64,000 nucleotides of DNA from Patellaria atrata CBS 101060 (GCA_010093705.1 MU006104.1:62001-126000); one strand, 5' to 3'. Counted from the first letter of the stretch, positions 46,867 to 61,660 are shown. Program-made: numbers and translations. The notes: generated by a model not told the origin, from the sequence alone.

Positions 46867-48394
46867 ATGCCCAGTGCCACCGGGTCCAACTGGGAGAAGT
46901 ACCAGAAGAAGTTCGCCGACGATGAGGTTGAAGAGAAGAAGATAACTCCTCTATCAGACGAGTGCGTTGAATTCATCTATTTTAGGGCTTATTAGTCAGC
47001 CGCTAATGAAATATAGGGACATTCAGGTGCTGAAGACGTATGGCGCGGCTCCGTATGCGGCGGAGCTCAAGAAGCTCGAGAAGGAGATAAAAGACAAGCA
47101 GACAAGCGTAAACGAGAAGATAGGTTTGTGACTATCTTTTTACTCCGACAGTTCTATACTAATATGCTGTAGGTGTTAAGGTATTTGCCTCTTACCAGCC
47201 GCGTACATGTCCGCATTCTAATAACGGAATTAGGAATCAGATACCGGTCTAGCACCACCACATCTATGGGACATTGCAGGAGACAGGCAACGAATGCAAG
47301 AGGAACAGCCACTACAAGTCGCAAGATGTACGAAGATAATACAAGACGAAAAGGATCCAGAGAAGAGCAAATATGTCATCAATGTCAAGCAAATAGCTAA
47401 ATTCGTCGTCAACCTGGGTGAGAGGGTGAGTCCGACGGATATCGAAGAGGGCATGCGAGTTGGGTATAAACACCACTTCCACTTCAGCTCATGACCCTTC
47501 TAACCATGCTCCAGGGTCGACCGAAACAAGTACCAAATTCTCCTCCCTCTTCCCCCTAAAATCGACCCATCCGTAACCATGATGACCGTAGAAGATAAAC
47601 CAGACGTAACCTACGGCGACGTTGGCGGCTGCAAAGAGCAGATTGAAAAGCTCCGCGAAGTCGTCGAAATGCCTCTGCTCTCCCCCGAGCGCTTCGTCAA
47701 CCTCGGAATCGACCCTCCCAAAGGCGCCCTCCTCTACGGCCCTCCCGGGACGGGAAAAACCCTCTGCGCCCGCGCTGTGGCTAATCGCACCGATGCAACC
47801 TTCATCCGCGTCATCGGCTCTGAGCTGGTGCAGAAGTACGTCGGCGAGGGCGCCCGCATGGTGCGCGAACTATTCGAAATGGCCCGCACGAAGAAAGCCT
47901 GCATCATCTTCTTCGACGAGATCGATGCAGTGGGCGGTGCACGCTTCGACGACGGCGCTGGCGGTGATAACGAGGTCCAGAGAACCATGTTGGAGCTCAT
48001 TACCCAGCTCGACGGCTTCGACTCCCGGGGGAACATCAAAGTCATGTTCGCCACCAATCGGCCCTCGACGTTGGACCCGGCGCTCATGCGTCCCGGCCGT
48101 ATCGACCGCAAAATCGAGTTCTCGCTCCCGGATATGGAGGGCCGCGCTAACATCCTTCGCATCCATGCCAAGAGTATGAGCGTCGAGCGCGATATCAGAT
48201 GGGAGCTCATCTCGCGGTTGTGTCCGAACAGCACGGGCGCGGAGCTCAGGAGCGTGGCGACGGAGGCGGGCATGTTCGCCATCAGGGCGCGGAGAAAAGT
48301 CGCGACGGAGAAGGACTTTTTGGCCGCCGTGGATAAGGTTATCAAGGGGAATCTGAAGTTTAATTCCACGGCGACTTATATGCAGTACAACTAA
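46867..48394 (+). CDS. RPT1: 26S proteasome regulatory AAA-ATPase subunit 7 (Rpt1/PSMC2)
   Basis: Starts [28 protein letters not shown], Walker A GPPGTGKT, Walker B IIFFDE, ends TATYMQYN. Includes an 8-nt microexon at 47173-47180. Confidence 0.95.
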
Positions 48395-48659
48395 TAAAAG
48401 TTTCGATTTATTGATTGTGGTCGCCGTGGAGTTGGTTTGCAGAACAGCATAAGGATGGCTTTGATAGTCCGTAGCATTGCGATATATTATAGCAATAGCA
48501 CTTTCAACAAAAGAAACGAAACTACTCAAGCATAGTATTTTAAAGAAGTAAACAGAAAGATTTCAGCATATATAACCTACACAAACTGGAGATACGCACA
48601 AAGGACTAACCCCATTTTCCCAACCCTTCCCTTCCACCACCTAATATCGCACACACCCC

Positions 48660-50911
48660 TTAATATGTCCGTTTGAACGGAGGCACAGCCTTACACTCCT
48701 TCTCATCCAGTGTCGTGCCGGTGACAGATCTATACCCCAAGTCGACCTTCCCATGCGGCTTCTTCTGCCACGTCAACGTATGCTTCATCCAATTCTGATC
48801 ATCTCTATCCGGGTAATCCTCTCTCGCATGCGCACCCCTCGACTCCTTTCTATTCGCCGCCGCCTCAGCCGTCTGCACCGCACACGTCAACAAGTTCCTC
48901 AACTCAAGCGTTTCCACGAGATCGCTGTTCCAAATCATGCTTCGATCTTTAGTACCGACTTGGCTAAACATCTGGTCCACTTCACGGATCTTGCGGACAC
49001 CCTCGTCGAGGGACTCTTGCGTGCGGAAGACAGAGACGTCTGTCTGCATAACCTTCTGCATCGCGGCGCGGATCTCGGCCGTCGGCTTAGGGCCATCGGC
49101 GGTGCGCATGTCGTCGATGACGGAGATGGTGTCTGCGCCAGCATCGGCAGCGATATCCTTATGGGCCTGGCCGGGGGTGAAATTGTCGCGGATAGTGTGA
49201 GAGACGGCGCGGCCGAAGACAATCAGATCAAGGAGAGAGTTGGCGCCGAGGCGGTTGGCGCCGTGGACAGAGACGCAGGCGGCTTCACCGCAGGCGAAAA
49301 GGCCGGGAACGACTTTGTCTTTGCCGTTTTCTTGGGTGAGGACTTCACCGGTGTACCGGGTGGGGATACCGCCCATATTGTAGTGGACAGTTGGGAGGAC
49401 AGGAATGGGTTGTTTACGGACGTCGACACCGGCGAAGATGGAGGCGGTCTCGGAGATACCGGGTAGACGGTCGTGGAGAATCTCAGGGGGTAAGTGGCTG
49501 AGTTGGAGATAGATGTGATCCTTATCAGGTCCGACGCCGCGTCCTTCTCTAATTTCCAAAGTCATAGACCGAGATACGACATCGCGACTGGCAAGATCCT
49601 TCGCCGTTGGAGCGTACCGTTCCATAAATCGCTCACCTTCTGAGTTGAGGAGGTACCCGCCCTCACCTCTTGAACCTTCCGTGATCAAGCAACCAGCGCC
49701 GTAGATACCAGTAGGATGGAACTGGACGAATTCGAGATCTTGGTTGGGTAGGCCAGCACGAGCAACCATCGCCATTCCGTCACCGGTACAGGTGTGTGCT
49801 GAGGTACAGCTGAAGTATGCGCGACCATAACCACCAGTAGCCAGAACCGTGTTGTGAGCCTTGAATCTGTGCAAGGTACCATCCTCTTGATTGTATGCGA
49901 CAACACCCTTGCACACGCCATCTTCCATGATTAGATCAGTAGCGAAGAATTCGACGAAGTATTGAGTGTTATGTCGAAGCGATTGTCCGTAGAGAGTGTG
50001 CAGGAGAGCATGACCGGTACGATCTGCGGCGGCACAGCATCGATATGCCTGTCCTCCTTTGCCATATTTCTGAGACTGTCCACCAAAAGCACGTTGATAT
50101 CTGTGTTCCATTAGTTCAATAAACTATCAAGCTCGGGGTTTACCAAATGTTTACATTCTTCCATCATCTGTTCTCGAAAAAGGACATCCGTAGTTCTCGA
50201 GCTCGATGACACTCTGAGGAGCCTCACGCGTCATATAATGGATAGCATCTTGATCACCCAACCAGTCAGAACCTTTTACAGTGTCGTACATGTGCCATCT
50301 CCAGTCATCCTCGTGCATACTAAAACTCAATGTCAGCGCCGCTCATTTCGGATTGAACATATGCATGTACCCACTTTCCTAAAGCAGCATTGATGCCTCC
50401 TTGTGCTGCGACAGTGTGTGATCTCGTTGGAAATAGCTTAGATATACACGCAGTCTTAAACCCAGCTTCAGCCAATCCAAAAGCTGCTCTCAGGCCAGCT
50501 CCACCAGCACCGACCACGATCGCATCGTACTCATGATCTATGACGGGATACTTGTGGCTGACATGGTGTGAAGCTTCTTTAGCTCGTAAAGGCTCGCTGG
50601 TGAAGATTCTGGAGACTGGTTTGGTCGAGGTAAATGAGCGGTTTTGGGAGCGAAGGCACTTGTAGAACTACATTATGAAACATTAGCAATAGTTATATAG
50701 GAGTGTATCAAAATGTCTCCTAGTAGCAGCTCTTAAGCTTGTACAATCATAGAGAAATGTGTAATTGAATGTTGCCGAGTGCTTCCTACGGAGCTTCGTT
50801 GCGGGGCGGTATTGCTCTGGTAGACATCGGGTAATAGCAATGCCATTGGTGATAGGAAACCTGACATACTTGACGGGAAGCAGCAACGCGCCGTAAACCG
50901 ACGGAACTCAT
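48660..50911 (-). CDS. SDH1: Succinate dehydrogenase flavoprotein subunit, mitochondrial
   Basis: Presequence [29 protein letters not shown]-binding [23 protein letters not shown] and C-terminal VPPFKRTY. At least three introns. Confidence 0.95.
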
Positions 50912-51434
50912 TTTGGTGGATATGGAGAAGAAAATGGGAGCTCTGCGAGTATGAAATTGATGATGAATTGATGTTAGAGCATCTCCCGTTGCCCTCGTCG
51001 TTTAGCGCCAATCACAGACGCCTCATTTGATATGACAAGACCGAACAAGAACACCACTGCCGAGGATGAGCTGCGGTCACGTGGCTCACATTCTCCCGAC
51101 CTTTCCACCCCTCCTCCCTCTACTCTATCCTTAAATAAGTTCGCGCAAACAAAAGGCCGATCAAATAATCGTCCACGGCGTATTCATGGAATTGGCTAAA
51201 TACGAGAACTCAGTCGGCATCACAGTGCTGATCAGGATAGTGATTACCACTTTAAAACCCTTATCAGGGGCTTCTCCTAAAATCACAATTTTAGTCATAT
51301 CAACAGTATATCAACAAGCTTATTTGAATTCATCATGGTATTTGATTTTTCCCGTTGAATGTCCTAAATCAACAGGGTACGCCGAGGTGATAACCGCCAG
51401 TCATGCAATACATACACCAGAAGAAAGAAGACAA

Positions 51435-52798
51435 CTAAGAAGCAACTGCAAGATCCTTCTTGAGTGTACCAAGGAATTGTTTCTTCTCTGCTGCCGTCTG
51501 GTAAGCACCATGACCGAACTTCGAAGAGGTATCGATCCATTTGAGATCGACCTTCTCCAAGGCTCTCCTGCTAGTGTGCACGAATAGAGACTTGCGGAGG
51601 GTTATGACTCGCTTCTTGACACCAGGGATGGAGCCCTTGATGAGCAAGAAGTCATTCTTGACTTGGCCGTAGTGCACGAAACCGCCCAGACTGCGATATA
51701 TCAGTAATTGCTCATATAAGTTAAAACACTTGGATAACTTACGGAGTGATCTGCTTCTCGGTACCGTCAGTGTCAGTGGTTGCGTTCCTCTTGTCAGCAC
51801 CCTTGCCGACACGGTAGATCTTGTGGTTGACCGAGGTACGGTGATGGTAACCCATTTGACCAGCACGAGCAACAGTCCATTGGACGTGGGACGGATGCCA
51901 TGCACCGATACAGGCGACCTTTCTCAGACCCTTGTGCGTCTTTCGGGGAAGCTTCTTGGTGCCCCATCTAGCTGTTACACCGTTGAATCCGTGACCCTTT
52001 GTTACCGCAATGGCGTCAATCATCTCATCCTGCTCGAAAATAGAGTTGATCTCGACAGACTTCTCGAAAAGTCCGTGGGCGAAATCAACCTTATCCGCGG
52101 GGCTACCACCGTTGACCTGGATCTCCATCAAGTGTGCCTTCTTTTGCTTGAGGGGAGTCAAGCTGATTTGACTGTGGGCGAGAACGCGGACAACAGTGCA
52201 GTACTTCTTGATGCGCTCAAGCTCGCGAGTGATAGACTGGCCGCTGTTCTCTGAGTGTTTCTTGGCATACTTGGTGAAAGCCTTCTTCTTGCTCTTGTAC
52301 CAGTTCTTGTAGAATCTGCGCCTAACTTCCTCGCTCAAGTGCTCGGCCCAGACGGTAGTGAGAGAACGAAGACCACGGGGAGTCTCGATGTAACCGACAA
52401 TGCCAACGACGACCATCTATGAGGAATCGTAAGTAACTGCCCTCTTATTGAAGGTATCATCTAAAATGGTAACGTACTGGAGGTGTTTCGACTACGGTGA
52501 CGGCCTCAACGATTTCCTTCTTGTTCAACTTCGCACCCGGTCGATCCAAGTCACGGACAATTGTGGTCATACCAGCCTTATAGCCAAGGGCAGCAGTAAG
52601 GTGGACGGGCTTCTTTGGGTCATCCTTAGGGAAACTAGATAGAATGAATTGTTAACTCAAGAACTGATATGTTGTTGTGCGCACAGCGAGCAAAATCTTT
52701 ACGAACCTCTTGACTTTTCCTCTATGTCTGGAAGCCCTCTTGCGAGGAAGAAAGGCCAATGAGCCGTGACGTGGAGCCTCGAACTTCCTGTGCGACAT
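51435..52798 (-). CDS. RPL3: 60S ribosomal protein L3 (uL3)
   Basis: [35 protein letters not shown] and [12 protein letters not shown]. Three introns. Confidence 0.97.
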
Positions 52799-53427
52799 TT
52801 TGGCTCAGGAAAGTTGTTGTTGTCGTTAATGAGAAGTTGAATGAGGTGGAGTGGGCTTGAAGTTCCTAGCACCAAAATTCGAGCGTGGGAGTTGAGCGTA
52901 AGCGAGTGCGCCGAACAATTTAGGATGCTCCGAATCTGAAGTCCAGCAGCGTCGTAAGGATAGGGAGTCACCACCTGCAGTTATTCGTTTCGCTGATTCC
53001 GTCGACTACAACCTAATAAGCTTGGTTGTCGTCAATTCGACTCCCCACTAGATCTACACTTGAAACATCGCTCTACTTTCCACATACAACTGTAACTCTC
53101 GCCTTCTCAACTTTAAAGACGTTTGTGTTAAGACTTACTTCCTGTTCCAGATCTTTGCCTTACCTCGCACTTAGCCTTATCCCCGCCACGCCAGTGGGTT
53201 CGCTCATAGCTGAAGGGTGGCCAGCTTGTCCACGAGCTCTTCCACTATCGTCTTCTACGATCTCATACAAAAAATTATCTGATTGCCCGATTTGCTATTC
53301 AGCGGTTGATCGTCGTCGGTATAATACAAGGACCCTCTCTCTTCGCTCTGCAATTAGCTCGGTGTTGTATCCTCCCACATTTCCGCGAAGCTAGAGGCTC
53401 TTACACCTCTAGGCGCGGCCGATAAAT

Positions 53428-55335
53428 ATGGTAGAAGTAGAGGGTAACCCAACAACTTGGAAGTTTACACAGTCAGTATATTCGCACCAGTCATATCGTA
53501 GTGCTCCTTTTCATATCATCTTCCAACTTAACAGAGCCAATACATCGCTGCTTCCTCTGTTTGAAGCCTTTTTGAAACCCACCGTTTCTTCAGATGCTAT
53601 AGAACTTGACTAACGGTTGTTTAGATGCTTTGGTGACAAAGGGGATGTAGAGGATATAACAGAAGGTAATCGTCACCTTCCGGATGTTGGCCCCATTCCC
53701 TCGCAAGCGGGTGGTTGGGGAATTTCCCTCCTCCATTTCAAGCTTATCATATACTAATTTAAATCAATTTCCAGCCGACATAATATCCACAGTCGAGTTT
53801 GATCAGACTGGTAATTATCTGGCTACTGGTGATAAAGGAGGTCGTGTCGTCCTGTTTGAGCGAAATGAGACAGTAAGTCCAAAGCTCTCACACATCCTTA
53901 TTCATTTTCTACCATGTTTCCCGGTGAACTAACGTCATGGTATTGATAGAAAAAGACTTGCGAATACAAATTTCACACAGAGTTTCAATCACATGAACCT
54001 GAATTCGATTATTTGAAGTCCCTTGAAATTGAGGAGAAGATTAACAAGATCAAATGGTGTCGTAGACAAAACGCATCACACTATCTTCTGTCTACTAACG
54101 ACAAAACCATAAAGTTATGGAAGGTGTTCGAGAAATCGTTAAAGGTTGTTGCAGAGAACAATCTATCCCATGAACTTACCCCTGGTGGAGGCGTTGCAGG
54201 TGGTGGTGGACCAGTGAGAAATCCGAATGTGCACTTCTCGTCTGCACTGGACCTCAAACTCCCCCGCTTAACACACCATGACACAGTGGTTGCTGCAGTT
54301 CCCAGGAAGACCTATGCGAATGCCCATGCGTACCACATCAACAGCATTTCGGTGAACAGTGACGGTGAGACATTTATTAGCAGTGATGACCTCCGCATCA
54401 ACCTTTGGAATTTAAACATCCAGGATCAGAGTTTCAACATTGTGGACATCAAACCGGCGAACATGGAAGAATTGACAGAGGTCATCACTGCTGCCGAATT
54501 TCATCCCATACATTGTAACGAGTTCATGTACGCAAGTTCGAAAGGGACGATCAAACTAGCTGATATGCGGGAGAGTGCACTCTGTGATCAGCATGCCAAA
54601 CGTATGTCTACTTCCGGACTTATAATTTTTTTTAACTAATACCTCTGAGTAGAATTTGAACAGGAAGAGGATCCCTCAGCTCGTTCTTTTTTCTCGGAAA
54701 TCATATCCTCCATATCAGACGTTCGCTTTTCCCACGATGGGCGTTACATATTGTCGCGCGATTATCTTACAGTCAAGATATGGGACGTCAACATGGAAAG
54801 AACTCCCGTCAAGACCATTCCAATCCACGAACATTTGCGACCACGACTTTGCGACACCTACGAGAACGATAGTATCTTTGATAAATTTGAGGTCGTCTTC
54901 TCTGGAGATGCAAAGAACGTAATGACCGGTAGCTACAACAACAACTTCATGATATACCCGTCAGACCCAGAAAAGGACACAGAAGTTGTGTTGCAAGCAG
55001 ATAAATCTGCATTCAAAGCTAAGAAGGTCGGAATACCTACACCAATGAATTCATCGACGAGCCCAACTTCCAGCTCGGGGAAGAGGAGCGGATCAAGAGC
55101 CGGAAGTCCAGCCGCAGGGTCAGTAGGCCAAGGCCAACGTATGCGGAAGGAAACAGATGCGGATCAAATTGATTTCAACAAGAAGATTTTGCACATGAGT
55201 TGGCATCCTAGCGAGGATAGCATAGCCATTGCAGCAACCAATAACGTAAGCTTTCCCTTCAGCCAGTTATCATGTATACCTTTTTAAAAACTGAGCTAAT
55301 TCCTGGTATAGCTTTTCGTCTTCTCGGCATTGTAG
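53428..55335 (+). CDS. CDC55: Protein phosphatase 2A regulatory subunit B55
   Basis: [55 protein letters not shown] and [15 protein letters not shown]. Multi-intron; divergent from RPL3. Confidence 0.95.
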
Positions 55336-55912
55336 AAAGACTGGGATGGGCCCAACGGCACGGCGTTCTCTGGTATTATACTTTGCCTCCCTTATGTTCG
55401 TGCTGCTCCATCTTCCTTACAACTACCATATCAAGGAGCAAGTGCGGTTAGAAGGAACGTTCTCTATTAACATGAGGCAACAAGGTGAGTTCAGGTAGAA
55501 GGTGCTTCCATGAGCGGATGGTAGCGCATGGATATGATGGATGATATCAGGACAAAGAGCTACCTTACTTATAGAGGCTTTCTGGCTTGCCTATTCTGAT
55601 CATGAGGTCAACGAACTTCCAGAATATGCCTCCCGCATATAGCCATTCATAATAGGAGGTATAAAAAAGATTGATATACCACATGTTCATATTTAAGGGC
55701 CACTTGAAATGTGACGTATGATATCGTACAAGGGGCAGGAGTGAAGAGGTTCAGCCCTACCCGATGCTAGCAGGGATTTGCAAAAGCCGACAGATGACCG
55801 TAGACCTTGAACAACAAAATTTCCCTACATCAACATCATGAATTTATAGAAACCTGTCCTGAATACCTGGGATCACGCAGTTAAGTCGAATTTAGACTAA
55901 TAAAATCGAACG

Positions 55913-57193
55913 ATGATACCTGCTTTACTACCGGTGGGCATAGCAGCCCTCATTTTTGGAGGTTGCTGCTCCAATGTAGTTGAATCTTACCCCATCCAAA
56001 AACTGCATTACTGATGGCAAGCTAGGTCTTCGCCTTAGAAACAATTGTCAAGTATGTACGTTTACAGGGTGGAAGAGACGATAGATCACTGACGAGAATC
56101 AAGGGAGCAATCTAACACTGGTCGGTCCCGCTTTCGAGTCTCTTGATTATGTCGTTGAAAATCCGCTTATACTGTTGATAAAGGTCTATTGATCACGTTA
56201 TTTCAGTTTCTTTTCACCACACTGGCGACATATCCATCTCAATTCTCGCAGGAAGGACGCTACTATCTCAGACCATCTACTGTACCTTTCCGAAAATGGG
56301 CAGTCAGCGCCGCCATGTTCTTCGCAGTGAACATGTTGAATAATTGGGCATTCGCCTTTGATATATCCGTACCAGTACATATTATTCTTCGCAGTTTTGG
56401 CAGTGTTACGACCATGGGTGCTGGGTGGCTTCGCGGCAAGAAGTACACCCCAATTCAAGTGTTCTCGGTCGCCCTTCTTACAGTTGGGGTACTCATCTCA
56501 GCCTGGGCGGACGCTCAATCGAAGGTACACGGTGATTCCATTCATCTTGTTAACAGTACTAAGGAATTTATATAGGGAAAATCTATGAGTACGGACAAGG
56601 ATGTGGAAACAAGGACATTCACGAGCACATCCCTTGAGACGGGTCTTGTAGTTCTTCTCATTGCTCAATTGCTGTCTGCATGGATGGGCGCCTACGTCGA
56701 AGATATATACCGTGAGCACGGTAAACACTGGGATGAGAATCTATTCTATTCGCACTTCCTCAGTCTCCCGATGTTTCTCCCATTACAGGATACCCTCCGT
56801 GACCAGTACAAAGGGTTAGCAGGATCAAGGTCTCTGATCATTTCTCCCGGTGTATCTTCATACTTGCCTGAAGCACTCCAGAAGATCCTCTCCTCGACTC
56901 CACGTGGTGTCTTCATGCTCATGCTTAACGCAACCACTCAATTGCTATGTATCAGCGGAGTGAACCTATTGAGTGCCAACTCGTCTGCCGTGACAGTGAC
57001 AATCGTCTTGAATATCCGCAAGTTGGTCAGCTTCATGTTCAGCATTTGGTTATTCGGCAATAAGATGAGCGGTCAGATGCTCCTCGGCGCGGTTATCGTT
57101 TTTGGTGCAGGAGCTCTATACGGGTGGGAGACGAGCGTTGGAATCAAGCAGAGAAAAGCTAAGGCAGAACAAGTGGGAAAGAAACAGCAGTAA
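55913..57193 (+). CDS. YEA4: UDP-N-acetylglucosamine/UDP-xylose nucleotide-sugar transporter (SLC35B4/Yea4 family)
   Basis: IFGGCCSNVFALE, LNNWAFAFDISVPVHIILRS, ENLFYSHFLSLP and TVTIVLNIRKLVS, with C-terminal KKQQ (KKxx ER retrieval). Small exons of 26 and 17 nt. Confidence 0.9.
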
Positions 57194-57703
57194 AAGTTTT
57201 GTCTGATCGCACATTTATCTTCTAGAGTCGTCATTTGACCTGCATATTAGAGTTCGGTATATCAGAGACAATAGAGCAGGATAGATAGCTATGCATAGCA
57301 ATATACATGCATAACCGAATTCCAGGAATAGAACAAACAGGAAAGGATATTCTTTCCTCGAATCGCAATATGTGTCAACAACTATTTCATAGCGGATAAG
57401 GTTCCAATTAGAATAATGAGATACACATCTCTATATATTAGTGCTAGACCCGTCATGCAAAAGGGGGAAGCGAGCGCGTTGGTTCTTACTGTTATCTAGT
57501 TGCGTCGTTGACAAGGGGCTCAAATACGAGCCGAAGATTTTCCGCTCTCAGCAGCAAGCTGTCACCTTTTTTTTATTCAGCTATCCACGAGGCCAAATAA
57601 TTAGAATAACACTTCCCTCCTGGTATGTAGAGCGCCAAATTGTCATTGACCTATATTCTCTATACTAACAATTGCCTAGGTCCCTCCTTCATTATCTTGT
57701 AGG

Positions 57704-60245
57704 ATGGCGACCGCATCTCCTCCGCCCTCAGTGAGGCATCGAGGGGGTAACTCCAAAAAGCGCTCTACAACCCCTAATCCAAGCACTGCCGTTGATAACG
57801 TCAATGAGGTTTTAGGCAAGGCAAAACAAGAGGCCAAAGATATTCTAGCAAAGGGAAAGCAAGAGGCTAAAGCTACTGTTGGCTCAGAACGGGACTACAA
57901 AATCTCCCTCGTAATAATCACGATTCTTGCTTTTATCACAAGGTTCTATGCCATCACACATCCCAATCAAGTAGTTTTCGATGAGGTCCATTTCGGAAAG
58001 GTACAATACATTGCTCTATGAATACCACTACCATAATTCAGTCATTAACTAACAATCCCTTACAGTTCGCGTCATACTATCTCCAGAGAACCTACTTCTT
58101 CGACGTCCATCCCCCTTTCGGTAAGCTTCTCTTCGCGTTCGCTGGCTGGCTAGTGGGGTATAATGGTGAATTCCTCTTCGAGAACATCGGGGACTCCTAT
58201 ATCAAGAATAGGGTCCCATATGTCGCGTACCGATCGATGCCAGCTACAATGGGAGCTCTTACAGTCCCAACGGTTTTCCTAATCATGTGGGAGTCCGGTT
58301 ATTCTCTCCCTGCTTGTATCGCTGCAACTGGACTGGTACTCTTTGATAATGCGCATATTGGCCAGACGAGACTTATACTACTGGATGCTACGCTTGTTTT
58401 TGCCATGGCGCTCAGTGTCCTATGTTACATCAAGTTTTACAAGCTTCGACATGTTCCCTTCAGTCGCAAGTGGTGGAAATGGCTACTCCTAACGGGCGTT
58501 GCCCTCAGTTGTGTCATCTCCACTAAATACGTCGGTGTTTTCACGTTCTTCTCCATTGGAGTTCCCGTGTTCCTTGACCTGTGGGACCTCCTTGACGTGA
58601 ATAGGCGGCAGGGCGCATTGTCAATGATGGAATTTGGCAAACACTTCGCAGCTCGTGCCATAGGTCTTATCATTGTTCCATTTTTTATTTATCTGTTCTG
58701 GTTCCAGGTCCACTTCACCATTCTAAGCCGTTCTGGACCGGGGGATGACTTCATGAGCCCTGAATTCCAGGAGACATTGTCTGATAACATCATGACTAGC
58801 CAAGCGGTGTCAATTGACTACTTTGATCATCTGACCATCCGCCATAAGGAGACCAAAGTGTATCTGCACAGTCACCCTGACAAGTACCCACTGCGTTACG
58901 ATGATGGACGTATCTCCAGTCAAGGTCAACAAGTCACTGGATATCCTCACAATGACACAAACAACCACTGGCAAATTCTCCCTACTGGTGATAAACCAGC
59001 TAAACTTGGACAACGGGTCAAGAACGGTGACATAGTTCGTCTAAAGCATTTGGTTACTGACACTGTGCTTTTGACCCACGATGTTGCATCACCATCCTTT
59101 CCGACAAACCAGGAATTCACAACTGTTGGCCCAGATGAAGCTAACGGAGACAGGTTAAATGATACAATGTTTGAGATTCGATGTGAGAGCCTAAAAGTTG
59201 GGCAAGATTTCAAGACTATGTCAGCCCAATTCAAGCTGATCCATGTTCCAACGAAAGTTGCTATGTGGACTCATACCAAACCACTTCCGGATTGGGGTTA
59301 CAAACAAGCCGAAATCAACGGTAACAAGAATGTCCAACAGCCCAGCAACATCTGGTACGTTGAAGAGATCGCATCTCTTCCTCCAGACAGCGAGCGCCTG
59401 CTCAAGGAACCACGTAGGATCAAGCACAGGCCATTCCTGAAGAAGTATTTCGAACTGCAACGCGCAATGTTCATCCACAACAATGCCCTCACTAGCAGTC
59501 ACCCTTATTCCAGCTTCCCTATCTCTTGGCCCTTCCTCCTCCGCGGCGTCAGCTTCTGGACCGAAAACGACACGCGCTCGCAGATCTACTTCCTCGGAAA
59601 CCCCATCGGCTGGTGGCTCGCGAGTTCCCTCATAGCTGTCTTCCTCGGTATCATTGGGGCCGATCAACTTGCTCAGCGCCGTGGTGTTGATGCGCTTGAT
59701 GAGAGTGAGTCCCTTTCTAATAACTTCATATCCCTTAACCCTTAACTCATAACCCCTGTCCCCTTATGCACGTTTCATGACTTCTTACAGACTATGGTCC
59801 AGGAACCCGTTTGCGTCTCTACAATTCCACCGGCTTCTTCTTCCTCACATGGGCAGCCCACTACATCCCCTTCTACATCATGGGCCGCCAACTCTTCCTG
59901 CACCACTACCTTCCCGCCCATCTTGCCTCGGCATTAGTAACTGGGGCTCTCGTCGAGTTTATCTTCAACATCGAGCCCGCCGCCATCGAGGACGCCATCC
60001 TCTCCGATAAGAAAGACGGCATTCCCGGTACCCCGGTCGGCTCGAGGAAAGGGGGAAGGCCTGTCAGGGAGCGGATGGGACAGCAAAGTCTTTATGCGGC
60101 ATGGGCGGCGACCCTGGTTATTTTAGCAGTGGTGATTTGGGGCTTCCTGTTCTTTGCACCGTTGACTTATGGGAAGCCCGGACTGAGCGTTGAGCAGGTC
60201 AAGGCGAGGAAGTGGTTGAATTACGATTTGCATTTTGCGAAATAG
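57704..60245 (+). CDS. PMT4: Dolichyl-phosphate-mannose:protein O-mannosyltransferase, PMT4 subfamily
   Basis: VVFDEVHFGK|FASYYLQRTYFFDVHPPFGKLL, MIR domains (YLHSHPDKYPLRYDDGRISSQGQQVTGY) and RQLFLHHYLPA. Two coding introns plus a probable 5'UTR intron at ~57623-57679. Confidence 0.92.
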
Positions 60246-61660
60246 AGGATCCTTTCCCTGAGCAAAAAAAGGTAAGTTTGAGATAAAGAGGAGGTCGAAG
60301 GTCTGAATGATGCGGAAGGACGAGTGAGGATGGAAGTTTAATGCTCTTGTGGAGGTGAGCAGCGGTCGGTCAGATGTTGTGCTCTTGTGTCATGTTGAAT
60401 TGAAGCGAAGCAAAATTTCTCTTTCTGCCTTTGTAGTTTCCTCATATGCGATGTAGGGACCCGGTTCTCAGATCAGGGGTTTGGACTGAGCGGTTTATCT
60501 ACTTTTACGCTTCTTTCTCTTCTCTTTTGTATGGTAGGGAAAAAATAAATAAGTTGTATGCTTAGTGTACATGATTTTCACATCTTGAGCGATATGAATG
60601 TATCCTTACTGTGAAGGATGATCCAGGGGGGTGATTTACGGTTGGAGAGAGTAAGTTGGGAAGGAGCGAAAGGGAGAATATGGGTTTGACGTTTAAGGGT
60701 CAAGTTTATACTGTCTACCCCTTTTACGTAGACATTTGCTCCAGTTGATTGATCGTCATTTCGGACAGTTATCATACAAACAGGGCGACGTGAAAGTCAG
60801 TTCGAACGCAGCATCTCTTGTGGTTCGCATCATGGTCGGCACTTCTATATTATCGTTGAATGGGGGGTAAGATACCCAAGTACGGTAGGCTGCTTGCTTC
60901 CGTTGAATGGAGCAGTATGGCCCTGCGGCAAACTCTTTATTGGAATACTGATGGTTAAACGCGCCCTCATTGAATGCTTGTCTATTGAGGGTGTAATTGT
61001 GATATATCCTTAAGCAGGTCCCAGGTTTAACTAGTTTTGTACAAGTATAGATATTTAGACTCGATGAATTGGTCTGCAAGGGGGATAAGTATATGTGATG
61101 GTTACATTGAGTTGTGAGATGTTTTAACGTGATGCGGTGAGCTGGGCGGAGGAGGGAGCCAGTGATGTTCGAATAGTTCTTTTCTATCGCTTTCAAAGTA
61201 GTTCTGAGTACAGCACTATAGTAATGATATCACGGGAATAAAAGGTCAGATTACGGAGAGAAGCTCTACTCATATCAAGCGAATGATGATTGCATATCAT
61301 GGAAAAGCCAACTTTGGAATAATGACTGACTTGATTAAGTATTTGCAATTTTCACCGTTCAGGAAACGTGGACAAAGTTTACTTAACAGTATATTGATAA
61401 AGAGAATAGATTTAAAGTACACGAACGCCAGCGACCAACGATAAAGAAAAAGAAAAGAGGTAATCAAAATCAAATAGGACCAATGATGGAGTCTAAAAAT
61501 CTATTTCCCAACAAACTACTCACAACAAACAACTCATAGAACAACTTGATAGCTCCCAAACCCGAAATCCCGTGACCAAAGGCCCCATTATCTCTGCCCC
61601 CAGTTGGGGTAGCAGATGTACCACGTATCTCATCGGAACGCGTGGGAACTGTTTCGCTCT

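Noticed and set aside
60756..61196. 146-aa minus-strand ORF
   Set aside because: Non-ATG start, no recognisable motif and no clear codon bias; cannot support it as a gene.
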